NCBI GenBank assembly: GCA_963831055.1
Contig: CAWHOU010000049.1
Location: forward strand, 51,748-115,747
Direction of reading: 5' to 3'
Origin: an uncultured Acidobacteriaceae bacterium
Lineage (GTDB): Bacteria > Acidobacteriota > Terriglobia > Terriglobales > Acidobacteriaceae
Length of the DNA: 64,000 nucleotides
This document shows, in pieces, positions 18,506-30,443 of the stretch (its first letter is position 1; every line of letters starts with the position of its first letter). The notes under the pieces were generated by a model, which was given only the letters and a program-made list of their open reading frames with translations, searched no databases and was not told the origin of the DNA. Made by a program: the position numbers and the translations under genes.

Positions 18506-19134
18506 TTGCCACGACGGGTCGATAGCGTCACCCACAACGCTGTGTTTCTCAACATCCCTTACGACCGGAAGTTTCGCGCACTCTATCTGGCCTATATCGC
18601 CGGTCTGGTGCACCTGGGCCTGGAGCCGCGCGTAACTCTGAGCCTCCCTAGTGGGACACGCCGGCTGGATAAGATCGTTGCATTAATCCAGAGTTGCCGC
18701 TATTCGATTCACGACCTGTCACGAGTTAGTCAGGATCGAAATCCACCCTTTGCCACGCCGAGATTCAATATGCCTTTTGAGCTCGGGTTAGCCGTGGCAT
18801 GGGAGAAATCCAACCCGGGGAAGCACACCTGGTTCGTTTTTGAACAGAGATCCTACCGAATCCAGAAGTCTCTGAGCGATTTGAACGGCACGGACCCCAG
18901 ATTCATTCGGACGTGGTGTCCGGCGTCCTGCGGGAACTGCGAAACATATTCCGGCGCACGCGTACTCAGCCTACGGTGCCGGAGATGACGAGCACGTACT
19001 ATGCGATCTCGCGCCGTTCGGCGACAATCCTGAGTGCAGCCGGGGCGACGAGCCTATTTGAAGCGCGCGCCTTTCAGGACCTGTGCTACGAGGCGAGGGT
19101 GGCAGTCGAGAGATCGACCCTTCTGAAGAAATAG
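18506..19134 (+). pseudogene. Hypothetical TIR-like / nucleoside-2-deoxyribosyltransferase-like protein, split by an apparent 1-nt deletion in a C4 run (18895-18898)
   Basis: Frame 1: VFLNIPYDRKF...LIQSCRYSIHDLSRV...PRFNMPFELGLAVA...SLSDLNGTDP. The next frame continues QIHSDVVSGVLRELRNIF...ERSTLLKK to 19134. Confidence 0.5.
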
Positions 19135-19688
19135 CGCGGTTTCAGCGGCTGCCATTTGTGCCGCGTAGCGGCACAGTGCCCGCCCTAAGCGAGCAGAGCG
19201 AGTCGATACTCCCTAATCTGTTTCTGCACGTTCATGTAAATCTCCTTGGCTTGGCGATACCAATCCACTGCTCCGTGAACCAGCGGATTGGAGTCGGCTT
19301 GCCAGGCTGCCTAAATCGATCAGAATGATACCGGATTATGTTTACTCTTTGCTGGCGCCCTGCAATCTCGGCTGATCGACTTCAGCCCAAATCACTCACC
19401 CTGGACTCTTTGGGTGCCAGGCTTCCTACAGCGATCCAGCACAGCGACTGTCAGCGTTGCCAACCATCATGCCCGCAAAGAACCCCGAACCGCCTTCGAC
19501 CGGCAGCCGCGGAGCCGCTCTGCGAGCGGTCCCCAGCGCCCCCCTGTGGAAACCTGTCAACCCCCCACCCCAAAATCCAAAGTAACAACCCAACATTCCA
19601 ACCCACTTACAAGCCAACCAACACAAAGAAAGTTGGCAGTTTTATCCTCCAACCTTGGTATTCTAAGAATAGACAGTAAAAGCAAAAT

Positions 19689-19718
19689 AAGGCCGCCCGC
19701 GAGCGGCCTTTTCCTTTT
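19689..19718. terminator. Orphan GC-rich hairpin with T-tracts on both sides (bidirectional-terminator-like)
   Basis: aaggccgc-ccgcga-gcggcctt, then ttccttttct. The minus strand reads ...ggccttattttgctttt. No credible ORF ends next to it. Confidence 0.55.
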
Positions 19719-19821
19719 CTCCGTGAGGATTGTCCTCTGTGCGCTCTGTGTACTCTGTGGTCAATCGTCATGGGGTAGTTGTTCTCCCCGCTTTTCTATC
19801 TCTAGAAGGGAGTTACCGCCC

Positions 19822-20151
19822 ATGCCACGCTTCTGCACCGCCATCCATAAGGGAGAACCCTGCACCGTCCGCGCCCTCCCCGGCCACCGCTTCTGCTATG
19901 GCCACCATCCCAACCCGCCTGCTTTCCGGCAATGCGAATACTTCAACCGCTTCGGACACCAATGCCGCGCCGCCGCCCTGCGCGCCCACGATCACTGCTT
20001 CACCCACAGCCCGCGTAACCTGCGCTCCCGGCGCGAACCCATCCCCCTTGTCCCCCGCACCAGGCGCCAAAAGGCCGCCGCAAGGTGGTTCACTTGCAGC
20101 AACTTGCCACAGCTAAAAACAGCCCTCTCGGAAGACCCGCAATGCCAGTAA
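19822..20151 (+). CDS. Hypothetical tandem CCCH (C-x8-C-x10-C-x2-H, twice) protein with basic tail, 109 aa
   Basis: GAAGGGAG SD. FCTAIHKGEPCTVRALPGHRFCYGH and QCEYFNRFGHQCRAAALRAHDHCFTH. The long upstream part of ORF 19414-20151 is a C/A-rich low-complexity tract and is unlikely to be coding. Confidence 0.5.
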   Translation: MPRFCTAIHKGEPCTVRALPGHRFCYGHHPNPPAFRQCEYFNRFGHQCRAAALRAHDHCFTHSPRNLRSRREPIPLVPRTRRQKAAARWFTCSNLPQLKTALSEDPQCQ

Positions 20152-20447
20152 CATGCCGCACCCCCACCCCCCACGGCGTGGGTGCCCCCACCACGTCCAG
20201 TTCATTGCAATTGCAAATCCTCCAACCCCAAACCCCAAATCGACCAACGCCCAACCAAATCGCAACCCGAACCCGCCCATTTTCAGCTATTTGCCCTAAT
20301 CCCAGACGGCCCTCCGGGAACCCACGCCAATGCAGCAACTTGCCGCAGCCCCACCAACCAGGGGATAGTCGAGCACGACCGCCAATTTCGGGTTAACATA
20401 ATTCACTCCTCCCGCCACCTCAGCGCAAACAAGAAAGGCTATCCCGC

Positions 20448-21008
20448 ATGAGTCGAAACCCGACGTGTATCCCCGCCATCCTCCTCGGACTTCTTCTCGC
20501 GGTTCTGCTCCCAGTTGCCGTCCCAGCCCAGCAACTCGACCGCAACGCCGCCAGGGATATGCTCAACAAGCTCGGCGCCGCCTCATCCACCAGCGAGTTC
20601 GTCCTCACCCCCGATCAGGATCAGCGCCTCCACGCACTCCCCAAAGACCTCCTCGACCCCCTCCAGGTCCAAAGCGACAATCCCTGCCTCCTGATCGCTC
20701 ACGATCCCCGCGTCCGCTCGCATCAGTTCGTCGTCTGCAACGGCCTCTTTCCTCCCGGCCTCGATCCCCATCAGCCCGCTTTCGATCTCAAGCTCGGCAA
20801 GCCCTTCCCCTGGCACGTCCTTACCATCAGCTTCCCCGACGCCGCCCCCGACGATCCCAACGAGCAAATCATCCAGTACACATGGGAATACGACTTCTCC
20901 TCCCTGCCCCAGCAGCTCCAGCAGATCCTCAGCCCGGCAACCCCGCGCTCCGGTCGCTCGCTCTTCCGCCTGGACTCGGGCGATTGGCACTGGGTCGCCT
21001 ACCGGTGA
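20448..21008 (+). CDS. Secreted hypothetical protein (186 aa)
   Basis: Signal peptide CIPAILLGLLLAVLLPVAVPAQQ. I recognise no motif. Confidence 0.55.
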   Translation: MSRNPTCIPAILLGLLLAVLLPVAVPAQQLDRNAARDMLNKLGAASSTSEFVLTPDQDQRLHALPKDLLDPLQVQSDNPCLLIAHDPRVRSHQFVVCNGLFPPGLDPHQPAFDLKLGKPFPWHVLTISFPDAAPDDPNEQIIQYTWEYDFSSLPQQLQQILSPATPRSGRSLFRLDSGDWHWVAYR

Positions 21009-21124
21009 ACCCAAAAGGCCACGCAATCAGCCGAAGCCCGCAAGGAGCGCAGCCAGTCCAACCGCCCAGACGGCGGCTTCGCCTGCGAAGCACCTCGAAT
21101 GATGACGGCCTGGTGAACAAATTC

Positions 21125-21201
21125 TGGTGGGCAGTGCAGGGCTCGAACCTGCGACCTCCTGCTTGTAAGGCAGGCGCTCTAACCGGCTGAGCTAACCGCC
21201 C
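21125..21201 (-). tRNA. tRNA-Val (anticodon TAC), CCA encoded
   Basis: rc = GGGCGGTTAGCTCAGCCGGTTAGAGCGCCTGCCTTACAAGCAGGAGGTCGCAGGTTCGAGCCCTGCACTGCCCACCA. Full cloverleaf, anticodon loop CTTACAA, T-loop GGTTCGAGCC. Confidence 0.95.
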
Positions 21202-21319
21202 ACAGCCTCTGTTCTGCTCGGACAAGACGCCCCATAATCCTATCAGCGCAATCGATCGGCCGTACGGACCCTGGCGCCAGAGGTGATGACCGTTTTGTTC
21301 AGCGGCGTCGAGCAGAACA

Positions 21320-22054
21320 TCATGAGGATGCAGGGCTGTGGCCTGATCCCCATCCCTGAACCAGCAAGGCGCGCACCTCAGAGTCGGTCGTCTGATCGAA
21401 GTTGCGGTAGAACTCACCCACGGCATGGAAGCGCTCCGGCGTCTCAAGGAAGATGACCTGATCGGCCTCGCGCCGCAGCTCGTCGCAGGTGCTGCGCGCT
21501 GCCACTGGCGCAGCAACCACCACACGCCGAGCCAAAGCACGCATCGCTCGTGCCGCAGCCGTCATCGTCGCCCCGGTGGCAAGACCGTCATCGACAAGAA
21601 TGACGGTGCGCCCTTCAACCCGAACCGGCGGACGCTCATCGCGGTATAAAGCTTCTCGCCGTTCGATCTCAAGCCGCTCACGGGCGACAACGGCGTCGAT
21701 GGTTTTCTGAGGGATTCGGTAAGCATGGACCACATCAGATTGCATGACGACTACACCGCCGCTGGCAACTGCGCCCATCGCCAGTTCCTCCTGGCCAGGA
21801 ACGCCCAGCTTGCGCACCACACACACATCGAGCGGGAGACCGAGCGAACGAGCCACTTCGAATGCAGCCGGCACGCCTCCGCGCGGCAGCCCCAGCACAA
21901 TGGCATCGTCCAAGCCTGGTTCCTCCGCGATCGCATCTCGAACCACGGGGCCCAGCGCGCGGCCAGCCTGCCGACGGTCTTGAAAGATGATGACCACCTG
22001 CCGCCTTTCTCTGGCATCGATTGTTCGCCTCGAGTGGTCGCAGCGCAAACGCAC
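21320..22054 (-). CDS. Phosphoribosyltransferase family protein (start possibly GTG at 21997)
   Basis: FQDRRQAGRALG..., VILVDDGLATGATM PRPP-binding motif. Confidence 0.85.
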   Translation of the reverse strand: MRLRCDHSRRTIDARERRQVVIIFQDRRQAGRALGPVVRDAIAEEPGLDDAIVLGLPRGGVPAAFEVARSLGLPLDVCVVRKLGVPGQEELAMGAVASGGVVVMQSDVVHAYRIPQKTIDAVVARERLEIERREALYRDERPPVRVEGRTVILVDDGLATGATMTAAARAMRALARRVVVAAPVAARSTCDELRREADQVIFLETPERFHAVGEFYRNFDQTTDSEVRALLVQGWGSGHSPASS

Positions 22055-22122
22055 GACGGAACATTTTCGGAATCACCGCGTATTCTGGTTGAGTTTACGC
22101 AGGGGAGTTTTCAGGATCCTGA

Positions 22123-23736
22123 ATGAGCACAGTTGCTACACACACAACCGCTCCAACCGGGCAGCGGGAGAGCTTTCGCCGTTTTGTCTGGATCTGTCTC
22201 GCCATGGCCGCCATCAAGCTGGCGATCGAGATCGTTGGCAACATTCTCGCGCAGCGGGCCGGCTACGGCATCTTCCGCGACGAGATGTATTACCTCATGT
22301 GCGGACGCCATCTCGCCTTCGGTTATGTGGACCAGCCGCCGATGGTCGCCCTGCAGGCGCGCCTCACTGAGATTTTGTTTGGCTACGACCACATGTGGTC
22401 GCTGCGGCTGATTTCCGGCATCGCCGGCGCATTCAAAGTGTTCGTGACCGGGGCGCTGGTGTGGGCGATGGGCGGCAATCGTCGAGCGGCGGCTCTCGCG
22501 ATGCTGGGCGTGATTGTCGCCGGCGTTTATCTCGGCTCTGACAGCTTTCTGTCGATGAATTCCTTCGAGCCGGTCTTCTGGCTGCCCTGTGCGCTGGCGT
22601 TGACGCGCATTGCGCAGGCAGACTCTCTGCCCGATCCGGAGCGGGTGGTCCGCAACTGGTGGATCGTGCTGGGTGTGAGCGCCGGTCTCGGTCTCGAAAA
22701 CAAGGCCAACGAAGTTTTCTTCCTGGTCGCCATCCTGTTGGCGCTGCTGCTCACACCGCAACGCAGGATTCTGGCGAGCCGCTGGTTTGGGGTTGCTGTC
22801 GCCATCATTGTCGCGCTGGCGCTGCCGAATCTGTTGTGGCAGATGCACTACCACTGGCCGACGCTGGAGTGGCTGGTCGGCATTTCAAAGAGCAACAAGG
22901 ATGTGAAACTGCCGCCGTTACGATTTCTGGGCGGCCAGATCATGATGCTCAACCCGTTCACATGTCCGGTGTGGATCAGCGGCGTCCTGTGGCTGCTGAT
23001 GGCAAAGGCGGCGCGGCCGCTCCGGTTTCTCGGGGTGCTGTACCTGATCTACCTGCCGATGATGATCCTGCTGCATGCCAAGGACTATTACCTGGCGCCT
23101 GTCTACGCGATCTACTACGCCGCCGGAGGCATTTGCCTGATCCAGGGCCGACCAGTTCCGGTGTGGCGCAAGGTTTTACGCGTCGCCTATGCCGTGCTGC
23201 TCTGCTATGCCCTGGTGCGCTACGTTCCTTACTCGATCCCGGTTCTGCCGCCGCAGCAGCTCGTGGCTTACGAGAAGAGGCTCGGGTTTACACCGCAGGA
23301 CTCCGAGAATCACGACGCGACGATCCTGCCGCAGTTTTACGCCGACCGCTTCGGCTGGCACGAAATGGTCGAGAAGGTCGCGCGTGTCTACAATTCCCTT
23401 CCCCCGGAAGAGCGCGCGGTCACCGGCATCTTCACCGGCAATTATGGAGAGGCGAGCGCCATCAACCTCTTCGGCGCAAAATATGGTCTGCCCACGGCCA
23501 TCAGCGGCCACCAGACCTACTGGCTGTGGGGTCCGCACGGGTATACCGGGCAGGAGATGATCATCATCAACGATGCGAGCCCCGAGGAGATGAAGGACTA
23601 CTACGCATCGTGCGTGGTGGCGGCGGTGAACGACCATCCTCTCGCGATGCCGTGGGAGCACAACAATATCTATCTTTGCCATGGCAGAAAAGCCACGTAT
23701 GAGGCAGACTGGAAGGACCTCAAGCACTATTACTGA
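22123..23736 (+). CDS. Family 39 glycosyltransferase (ArnT/PMT-like, polytopic membrane)
   Basis: FRDEMYYLMCGRHLAFGYVDQPP plus many TM segments. 537 aa. Confidence 0.85.
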   Translation: MSTVATHTTAPTGQRESFRRFVWICLAMAAIKLAIEIVGNILAQRAGYGIFRDEMYYLMCGRHLAFGYVDQPPMVALQARLTEILFGYDHMWSLRLISGIAGAFKVFVTGALVWAMGGNRRAAALAMLGVIVAGVYLGSDSFLSMNSFEPVFWLPCALALTRIAQADSLPDPERVVRNWWIVLGVSAGLGLENKANEVFFLVAILLALLLTPQRRILASRWFGVAVAIIVALALPNLLWQMHYHWPTLEWLVGISKSNKDVKLPPLRFLGGQIMMLNPFTCPVWISGVLWLLMAKAARPLRFLGVLYLIYLPMMILLHAKDYYLAPVYAIYYAAGGICLIQGRPVPVWRKVLRVAYAVLLCYALVRYVPYSIPVLPPQQLVAYEKRLGFTPQDSENHDATILPQFYADRFGWHEMVEKVARVYNSLPPEERAVTGIFTGNYGEASAINLFGAKYGLPTAISGHQTYWLWGPHGYTGQEMIIINDASPEEMKDYYASCVVAAVNDHPLAMPWEHNNIYLCHGRKATYEADWKDLKHYY

Positions 23737-23807
23737 TTCGGAGGTCGCCGCACCTGCCAACCGCAACCGACCGGCCAGCAACTCAAAATGCGCCCGACCT
23801 GCCGCGG

Positions 23808-25139
23808 GTGTTGAACACCTCGCACGCCACCGCCATTGTGGTGGGCACGATCATCGGCAGCGGCATTTTCCTGGTCCCGCAGGAGATGATGCGAGCCACC
23901 GGCTCCTCGGGGCTGGTCTACCTGGCGTGGATCGCCGGCGGCCTGCTGTCGCTCTTCGGCGCGATGACCTACGCGGAACTCAGTACGCTCTTGCCCTATG
24001 CGGGCGGCGAGTACGTGTATATCCGCGGCGCCTATGGCGACCTGCCCGCATTTCTCTATATGTGGACGTGGTTCGCCGTTGCCAAGCCGGCATCGATCGC
24101 CAGCGTGACCACCGGGCTGGCGCGAACACTGGCCATCTTTCCAGCATTGCGCTGGCTCGATGGGACGGCGTTCCACATGCCGTTCGCCGTGTTGTGGTCG
24201 CAGATTTTTGCCATCGCAGCAACATGGCTCATCACGGGCCTGAATTATCTCGGTATCCGCAAGGCAGGAGATTTTCAGCTTGTCTTCACGTGGCTCAAGG
24301 GCGTGCTGATCGTCGTGATCGCCGGAATTTGCTTCGCATCGTTGCGTGGGCACTGGAGCAACTTCTCGACGTCGTTTCTGGGCGCCCATGGCGGATTCGG
24401 CGGATTCATGATCGCGCTGATCGCTGCTCTGTGGGCCTACGACGGGTGGAACGACCTTACCATGGTCGCCGGCGAGGTGAAGCATCCGCAGCGGAGTTTG
24501 CCGATCGCGCTGATCGCCGGACTGGGCATCGTCGGTGTGCTGTACATGGCTACAAATGCGGCCATCCAGTACATTCTGCCGGCCGCGCAGATCGCTGCGT
24601 CACCAAGACCGGCAGTGACAGCTCTGGCGGCCATCACCGGCCCCTGGGGCGCGGGATTGGTCTCAGTGGCCATGGCGGTGAGCATATTTGTAACATTGAA
24701 CGGCACAATTATGTCCGGAGCACGAGTCCCTTTCGCAGCGGCGCGCGATGGCCTGTTTTTCCGGCGTATGGCGGACATCAATCCGCGCTTCCAGAGCCCT
24801 TCCACGTCGCTCATCGTGCAGGCGCTTCTGACCACGGGCCTTCTGCTCGCAGTCGGGCGATTCCAGCAGCTGTTTGAACTGGCCATCTTCGCCGAGTGGC
24901 TCTTTTACATGATCACTGCGACGACGATCTTTTTCTATCGAAAGCGCGAGACGGCCTCGCAGACCTACCACGTCTGGGGATATCCGGTGATCCCTGCGCT
25001 CTTCGTGGCGGCAGCCGCAGCACTTCTGGTTTACTCCTACGCGGAGAACCTGAAAAACTCCCTTCTCGGCTCTGCGATTATCCTGCTCGGAGTACCGTTG
25101 TTTCTGGTGTTTCGGAAACGCACGAGCCGGCCGGCGTGA
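23808..25139 (+). CDS. APC superfamily amino acid / polyamine permease (GTG start)
   Basis: AIVVGTIIGSGIFLVP, 12 TM pattern. No ATG/GTG/TTG start lies upstream in frame. Confidence 0.9.
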   Translation: MLNTSHATAIVVGTIIGSGIFLVPQEMMRATGSSGLVYLAWIAGGLLSLFGAMTYAELSTLLPYAGGEYVYIRGAYGDLPAFLYMWTWFAVAKPASIASVTTGLARTLAIFPALRWLDGTAFHMPFAVLWSQIFAIAATWLITGLNYLGIRKAGDFQLVFTWLKGVLIVVIAGICFASLRGHWSNFSTSFLGAHGGFGGFMIALIAALWAYDGWNDLTMVAGEVKHPQRSLPIALIAGLGIVGVLYMATNAAIQYILPAAQIAASPRPAVTALAAITGPWGAGLVSVAMAVSIFVTLNGTIMSGARVPFAAARDGLFFRRMADINPRFQSPSTSLIVQALLTTGLLLAVGRFQQLFELAIFAEWLFYMITATTIFFYRKRETASQTYHVWGYPVIPALFVAAAAALLVYSYAENLKNSLLGSAIILLGVPLFLVFRKRTSRPA

Positions 25140-25145
25140 TTCGCA

Positions 25146-27134
25146 TCAGCTGAACAGGAACTCCTTCGTGCGCAGATCCTTGATGGTATCGCGGAGCTTC
25201 GCGGCTTTCTCAAATTCGAATTTCTTCGCAGCTTCGCGCATGTCGGACTCAAGTTTGGCAATGTAGGCGTCCAAGTCCTGCTGGGACTGGAGCTCGGGCA
25301 TCTCTTCCGCTTCCTCCGCAAGGTCCGCGTATTCCGCCTGCAGGATCTTCGCAAGCGACATATCGATGTGGCTGATGATGGATTGCGGCGTAATGCCGTG
25401 TTCCTCGTTGTAAGCGCGCTGCACAGTCCGTCTCCGGTCTGTTTCACCGATCGCCTGTTTCATGGAGTCCGTCATCTTATCGGCATAGAGGATCGCGCGG
25501 CCACTCAAATGACGGGCGGCGCGGCCCATGGTCTGAATCAATGATCCGGATGAGCGCAGGAAGCCTTCTTTATCGGCGTCGAGGATAGCAACGAGAGATA
25601 CTTCGGGCAGATCAAGGCCCTCGCGCAGCAGATTGATGCCGATCAACACGTCATACTCGCCCTTGCGCAGATCGCGCAGAAGCTTCACCCGCTCCAGGGT
25701 CTCGATTTCCGAATGCATGTAACGGCAGCGCACTCCGACTTCGGAGTAGTAGCCAGCCAGGTCCTCAGCCATGCGTTTCGTCAGCGTCGTTACCAGGACG
25801 CGCTCGTTTTTCTGTGCACGATCGCGAATCTCGGCGAGCAGATCGTCGATCTGCCCTCGAACGGGGCGAATCTCGACCTCGGGATCAACCAGACCTGTGG
25901 GACGGATAATCTGCTCAACTACCACGCCGGCCGCCTTGGTCAGCTCATACGGTCCCGGCGTCGCCGAGACGTAGACGAGCTGATTCGTGCGCGCCTCGAA
26001 TTCCTCGAACTTCAGCGGACGATTATCCATCGCTGAAGGCAGGCGGAAACCGTAGTCAACAAGATTCTGCTTGCGCGAGCGGTCACCGTGCCACATGCCG
26101 TGCAGCTGCGGAACCGTCACGTGCGACTCATCGACAAACAGCAGATAGTCCCGCGGAAAATAATCCAGCAGCGTTGGCGGCGGCTCGCCCGGAAGGCGAC
26201 CCGAAAAATGCCGCGAGTAGTTCTCGATGCCGTGACAGTACCCCACCGACTTGATCATTTCCAGATCGAACCGGGTTCTCTGGTGGACGCGCTGAGCCTC
26301 AACCATTCGCCCCTGCGACTCCAGCTCTTTCTCCCAAACCTCGAGCTCTGCCAGGATGCTCTCCACCGCGCTCTTCTTCCGCTCGGGCTGCACCACGTAG
26401 TGGCTCTTGGGATAAATCGGCAGCCGCGCATACTTCTGACGAAGCGTTCCGAAGAGCGGGTCTATTTGTGAAAGAGAGTCGATTTCGTCGCCGAAGAGCT
26501 CGATGCGGTAGGCGTTTTCATCGTAGGTGGGAAAGACCTCGATCACATCCCCACGAACGCGAAAGGTTCCGCGCCGGAAGTCTGCGTCGTTGCGCTCGTA
26601 GAGAATCTCCACGAGGCGCCGGGTGATGTCGTCGCGGCGCACCTTCTGGCCCTTTTCGAGCAGCAGCAGCATGCCATAGTAGGCTTCCGGCGAGCCCAGA
26701 CCATAAATACACGACACCGACGCGACAATGATGCAGTCGCGGCGCTCGAAGAGAGAGCGCGTGGCCGAAAGCCGGAGCTTGTCGAGCTCCTCGTTGATCG
26801 TCGCTTCTTTCTCGATGTACAGATCGCCGGCAGGAATATACGCCTCAGGCTGGTAATAGTCGTAGTACGACACAAAGTACTCGACCGCGTTGTGCGGGAA
26901 AAACTGCTTGAACTCGTGAAAAAGCTGCGCGGCGAGGGTCTTGTTGTGCGCCAGAACGAGAGCCGGCCGGTTCAGACGCTCGATCAACTTGGCCACAGTG
27001 AAGGTCTTGCCCGACCCGGTGACTCCGAGCAAGACCTGATGCTTCTCGCCAGCGTCGATGCCGGAGAGGAGCTCCTCGATGGCGCGACCCTGATCGCCGC
27101 GCGGTTTGTAGTCGCTGACTAGCTGAAAGTCCAC
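25146..27134 (-). CDS. uvrB: Excinuclease ABC subunit B
   Basis: [15 protein letters not shown]-terminal UVR domain. 662 aa, GTG start. Confidence 0.98.
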   Translation of the reverse strand: MDFQLVSDYKPRGDQGRAIEELLSGIDAGEKHQVLLGVTGSGKTFTVAKLIERLNRPALVLAHNKTLAAQLFHEFKQFFPHNAVEYFVSYYDYYQPEAYIPAGDLYIEKEATINEELDKLRLSATRSLFERRDCIIVASVSCIYGLGSPEAYYGMLLLLEKGQKVRRDDITRRLVEILYERNDADFRRGTFRVRGDVIEVFPTYDENAYRIELFGDEIDSLSQIDPLFGTLRQKYARLPIYPKSHYVVQPERKKSAVESILAELEVWEKELESQGRMVEAQRVHQRTRFDLEMIKSVGYCHGIENYSRHFSGRLPGEPPPTLLDYFPRDYLLFVDESHVTVPQLHGMWHGDRSRKQNLVDYGFRLPSAMDNRPLKFEEFEARTNQLVYVSATPGPYELTKAAGVVVEQIIRPTGLVDPEVEIRPVRGQIDDLLAEIRDRAQKNERVLVTTLTKRMAEDLAGYYSEVGVRCRYMHSEIETLERVKLLRDLRKGEYDVLIGINLLREGLDLPEVSLVAILDADKEGFLRSSGSLIQTMGRAARHLSGRAILYADKMTDSMKQAIGETDRRRTVQRAYNEEHGITPQSIISHIDMSLAKILQAEYADLAEEAEEMPELQSQQDLDAYIAKLESDMREAAKKFEFEKAAKLRDTIKDLRTKEFLFS

Positions 27135-27180
27135 AGTTTGATTTTATGAGACGCGGGGGGGGCGCGCCGCATGCGCCGAA

Positions 27181-27564
27181 TTAGACGCTCTTTGTACGTC
27201 TGCCTCGCCCGCCAATCCAAAGAAATATGGGCCAGATGGCGAGCCAGAGGAAGGAATTCCAGTGCGGCCACCGGTTCCAGTTGAGGACCGTAGAGATGAC
27301 GCCGGCCACTTCGCCAACGATGAAAAGCACGAGAAGATGGGTGCTGGGTTTGGAAGGGGCGATGCGGACGCACAGCCAGCCGCCGAGGACGGAAGCAAGG
27401 GCGAAGATGGCTGCCCCGATCCACAGGATATACGTGGGCGCGGTTTTACCGCTGACATACTGACCGGGGAAGATGTGCGAAAACAGCGGGTCGCTCAAGA
27501 TGACGAGGGCCGTGACGATGATGTAGCTGAGCAGAACAGACGCAATGGATCGGAGCAACTTCAT
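27181..27564 (-). CDS. Small membrane protein (127 aa, about 4 TM)
   Basis: AAGGAG SD before the ATG at 27564 (MKLLRSIASVLLSYIIV...). The longer ORF to 27900 overlaps the katG 3' end. Confidence 0.6.
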   Translation of the reverse strand: MKLLRSIASVLLSYIIVTALVILSDPLFSHIFPGQYVSGKTAPTYILWIGAAIFALASVLGGWLCVRIAPSKPSTHLLVLFIVGEVAGVISTVLNWNRWPHWNSFLWLAIWPIFLWIGGRGRRTKSV

Positions 27565-27692
27565 ATCGGTGTCTCCTTGGGTGTCAATGTTGGAGCTGGT
27601 TGGGGAGGGATGCAGGATATCGCGCTGGCGGAGAGATTGAAAAGAAAATACGCCCGCAACTGAGCAGCTGCGGGCGTATTTGGTTACAGGCT

Positions 27693-30026
<2,334 letters not shown>

Positions 30027-30138
30027 TCAATTTCTGTGGCGCGCCTCGCGCGGGTCACGGTTTATTCACAATCGTAAGCACGGCCATCCGCGCTTGTACC
30101 GATATTCGCAATGTAGCATCCTGACGATGGATTGCTCT

Positions 30139-30155
30139 AATGCACCGCGTGCATT
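30139..30155. promoter_or_regulatory. Perfect 7-3-7 palindrome AATGCAC-CGC-GTGCATT about 120 nt upstream of katG
   Basis: Direct reading. Candidate operator; the regulator is unknown. Confidence 0.3.
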
Positions 30156-30246
30156 CTCAGGCGTCGCCTTACCCTTTTGAATTGCGGCAGCTTCGCTTCT
30201 CTGCCCTTCGTCGATAGGGCAACTTCAGCCGAACGGCCGAGTACTG

Positions 30247-30294
30247 CCAGGTGGCGGCAGCCTTCATTTTCCAGGTGGCGGCAGCCTTTATTTT
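30247..30294. repeat. 24-bp tandem duplication (CCAGGTGGCGGCAGCCTTYATTTT x2) upstream of katG
   Basis: 30247-30270 and 30271-30294 differ at one position. Confidence 0.9.
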
Positions 30295-30392
30295 CGCAGC
30301 AGATTTCACAACTGGGACGGCCGCTCGTTCAGCTTCACCCAGCCCGCATTCGTGCAGTTCTCAACCTGACTCCGGGGCCATCAGCCCGTTAG

Positions 30393-30420
30393 CACAAAAA
30401 GGAGCCGGCTGCCCGGCTCC
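30393..30420 (-). terminator. Rho-independent terminator of the His-rich protein gene
   Basis: Minus strand: GGAGCCGG-gcag-CCGGCTCC-TTTTTGTG. Confidence 0.75.
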
Positions 30421-30443
30421 TCTGGCTTACGTTGTTTTTTGGG

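Noticed and set aside
19185-19235. 16-aa ORF MNVQKQIREYRLALLA with a strong AAGGAGA SD, considered as a truncated XRE/HTH N-terminus or a leader peptide.
   Set aside because: It is too short to assign, and no frame continues into a recognisable HTH. I note it only as a possible relic.
19414-19821. N-terminal 136 codons of the 245-aa ORF 19414-20151.
   Set aside because: The translation is a Pro/Thr/Gln/Asn-rich read-through of the C/A-rich tract and crosses a strong terminator hairpin. A good SD and ATG at 19822 start the Cys/His-rich part.
18055-21203. A 10-nt match (accgcccaca) between 18057-18066 and the tRNA-Val 5' end, considered as possible att sites of an integrated element.
   Set aside because: The match is to the 5' end of the tRNA rather than the 3' half used by integrases. 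It is short enough to be chance, and no integrase or excisionase gene is present.
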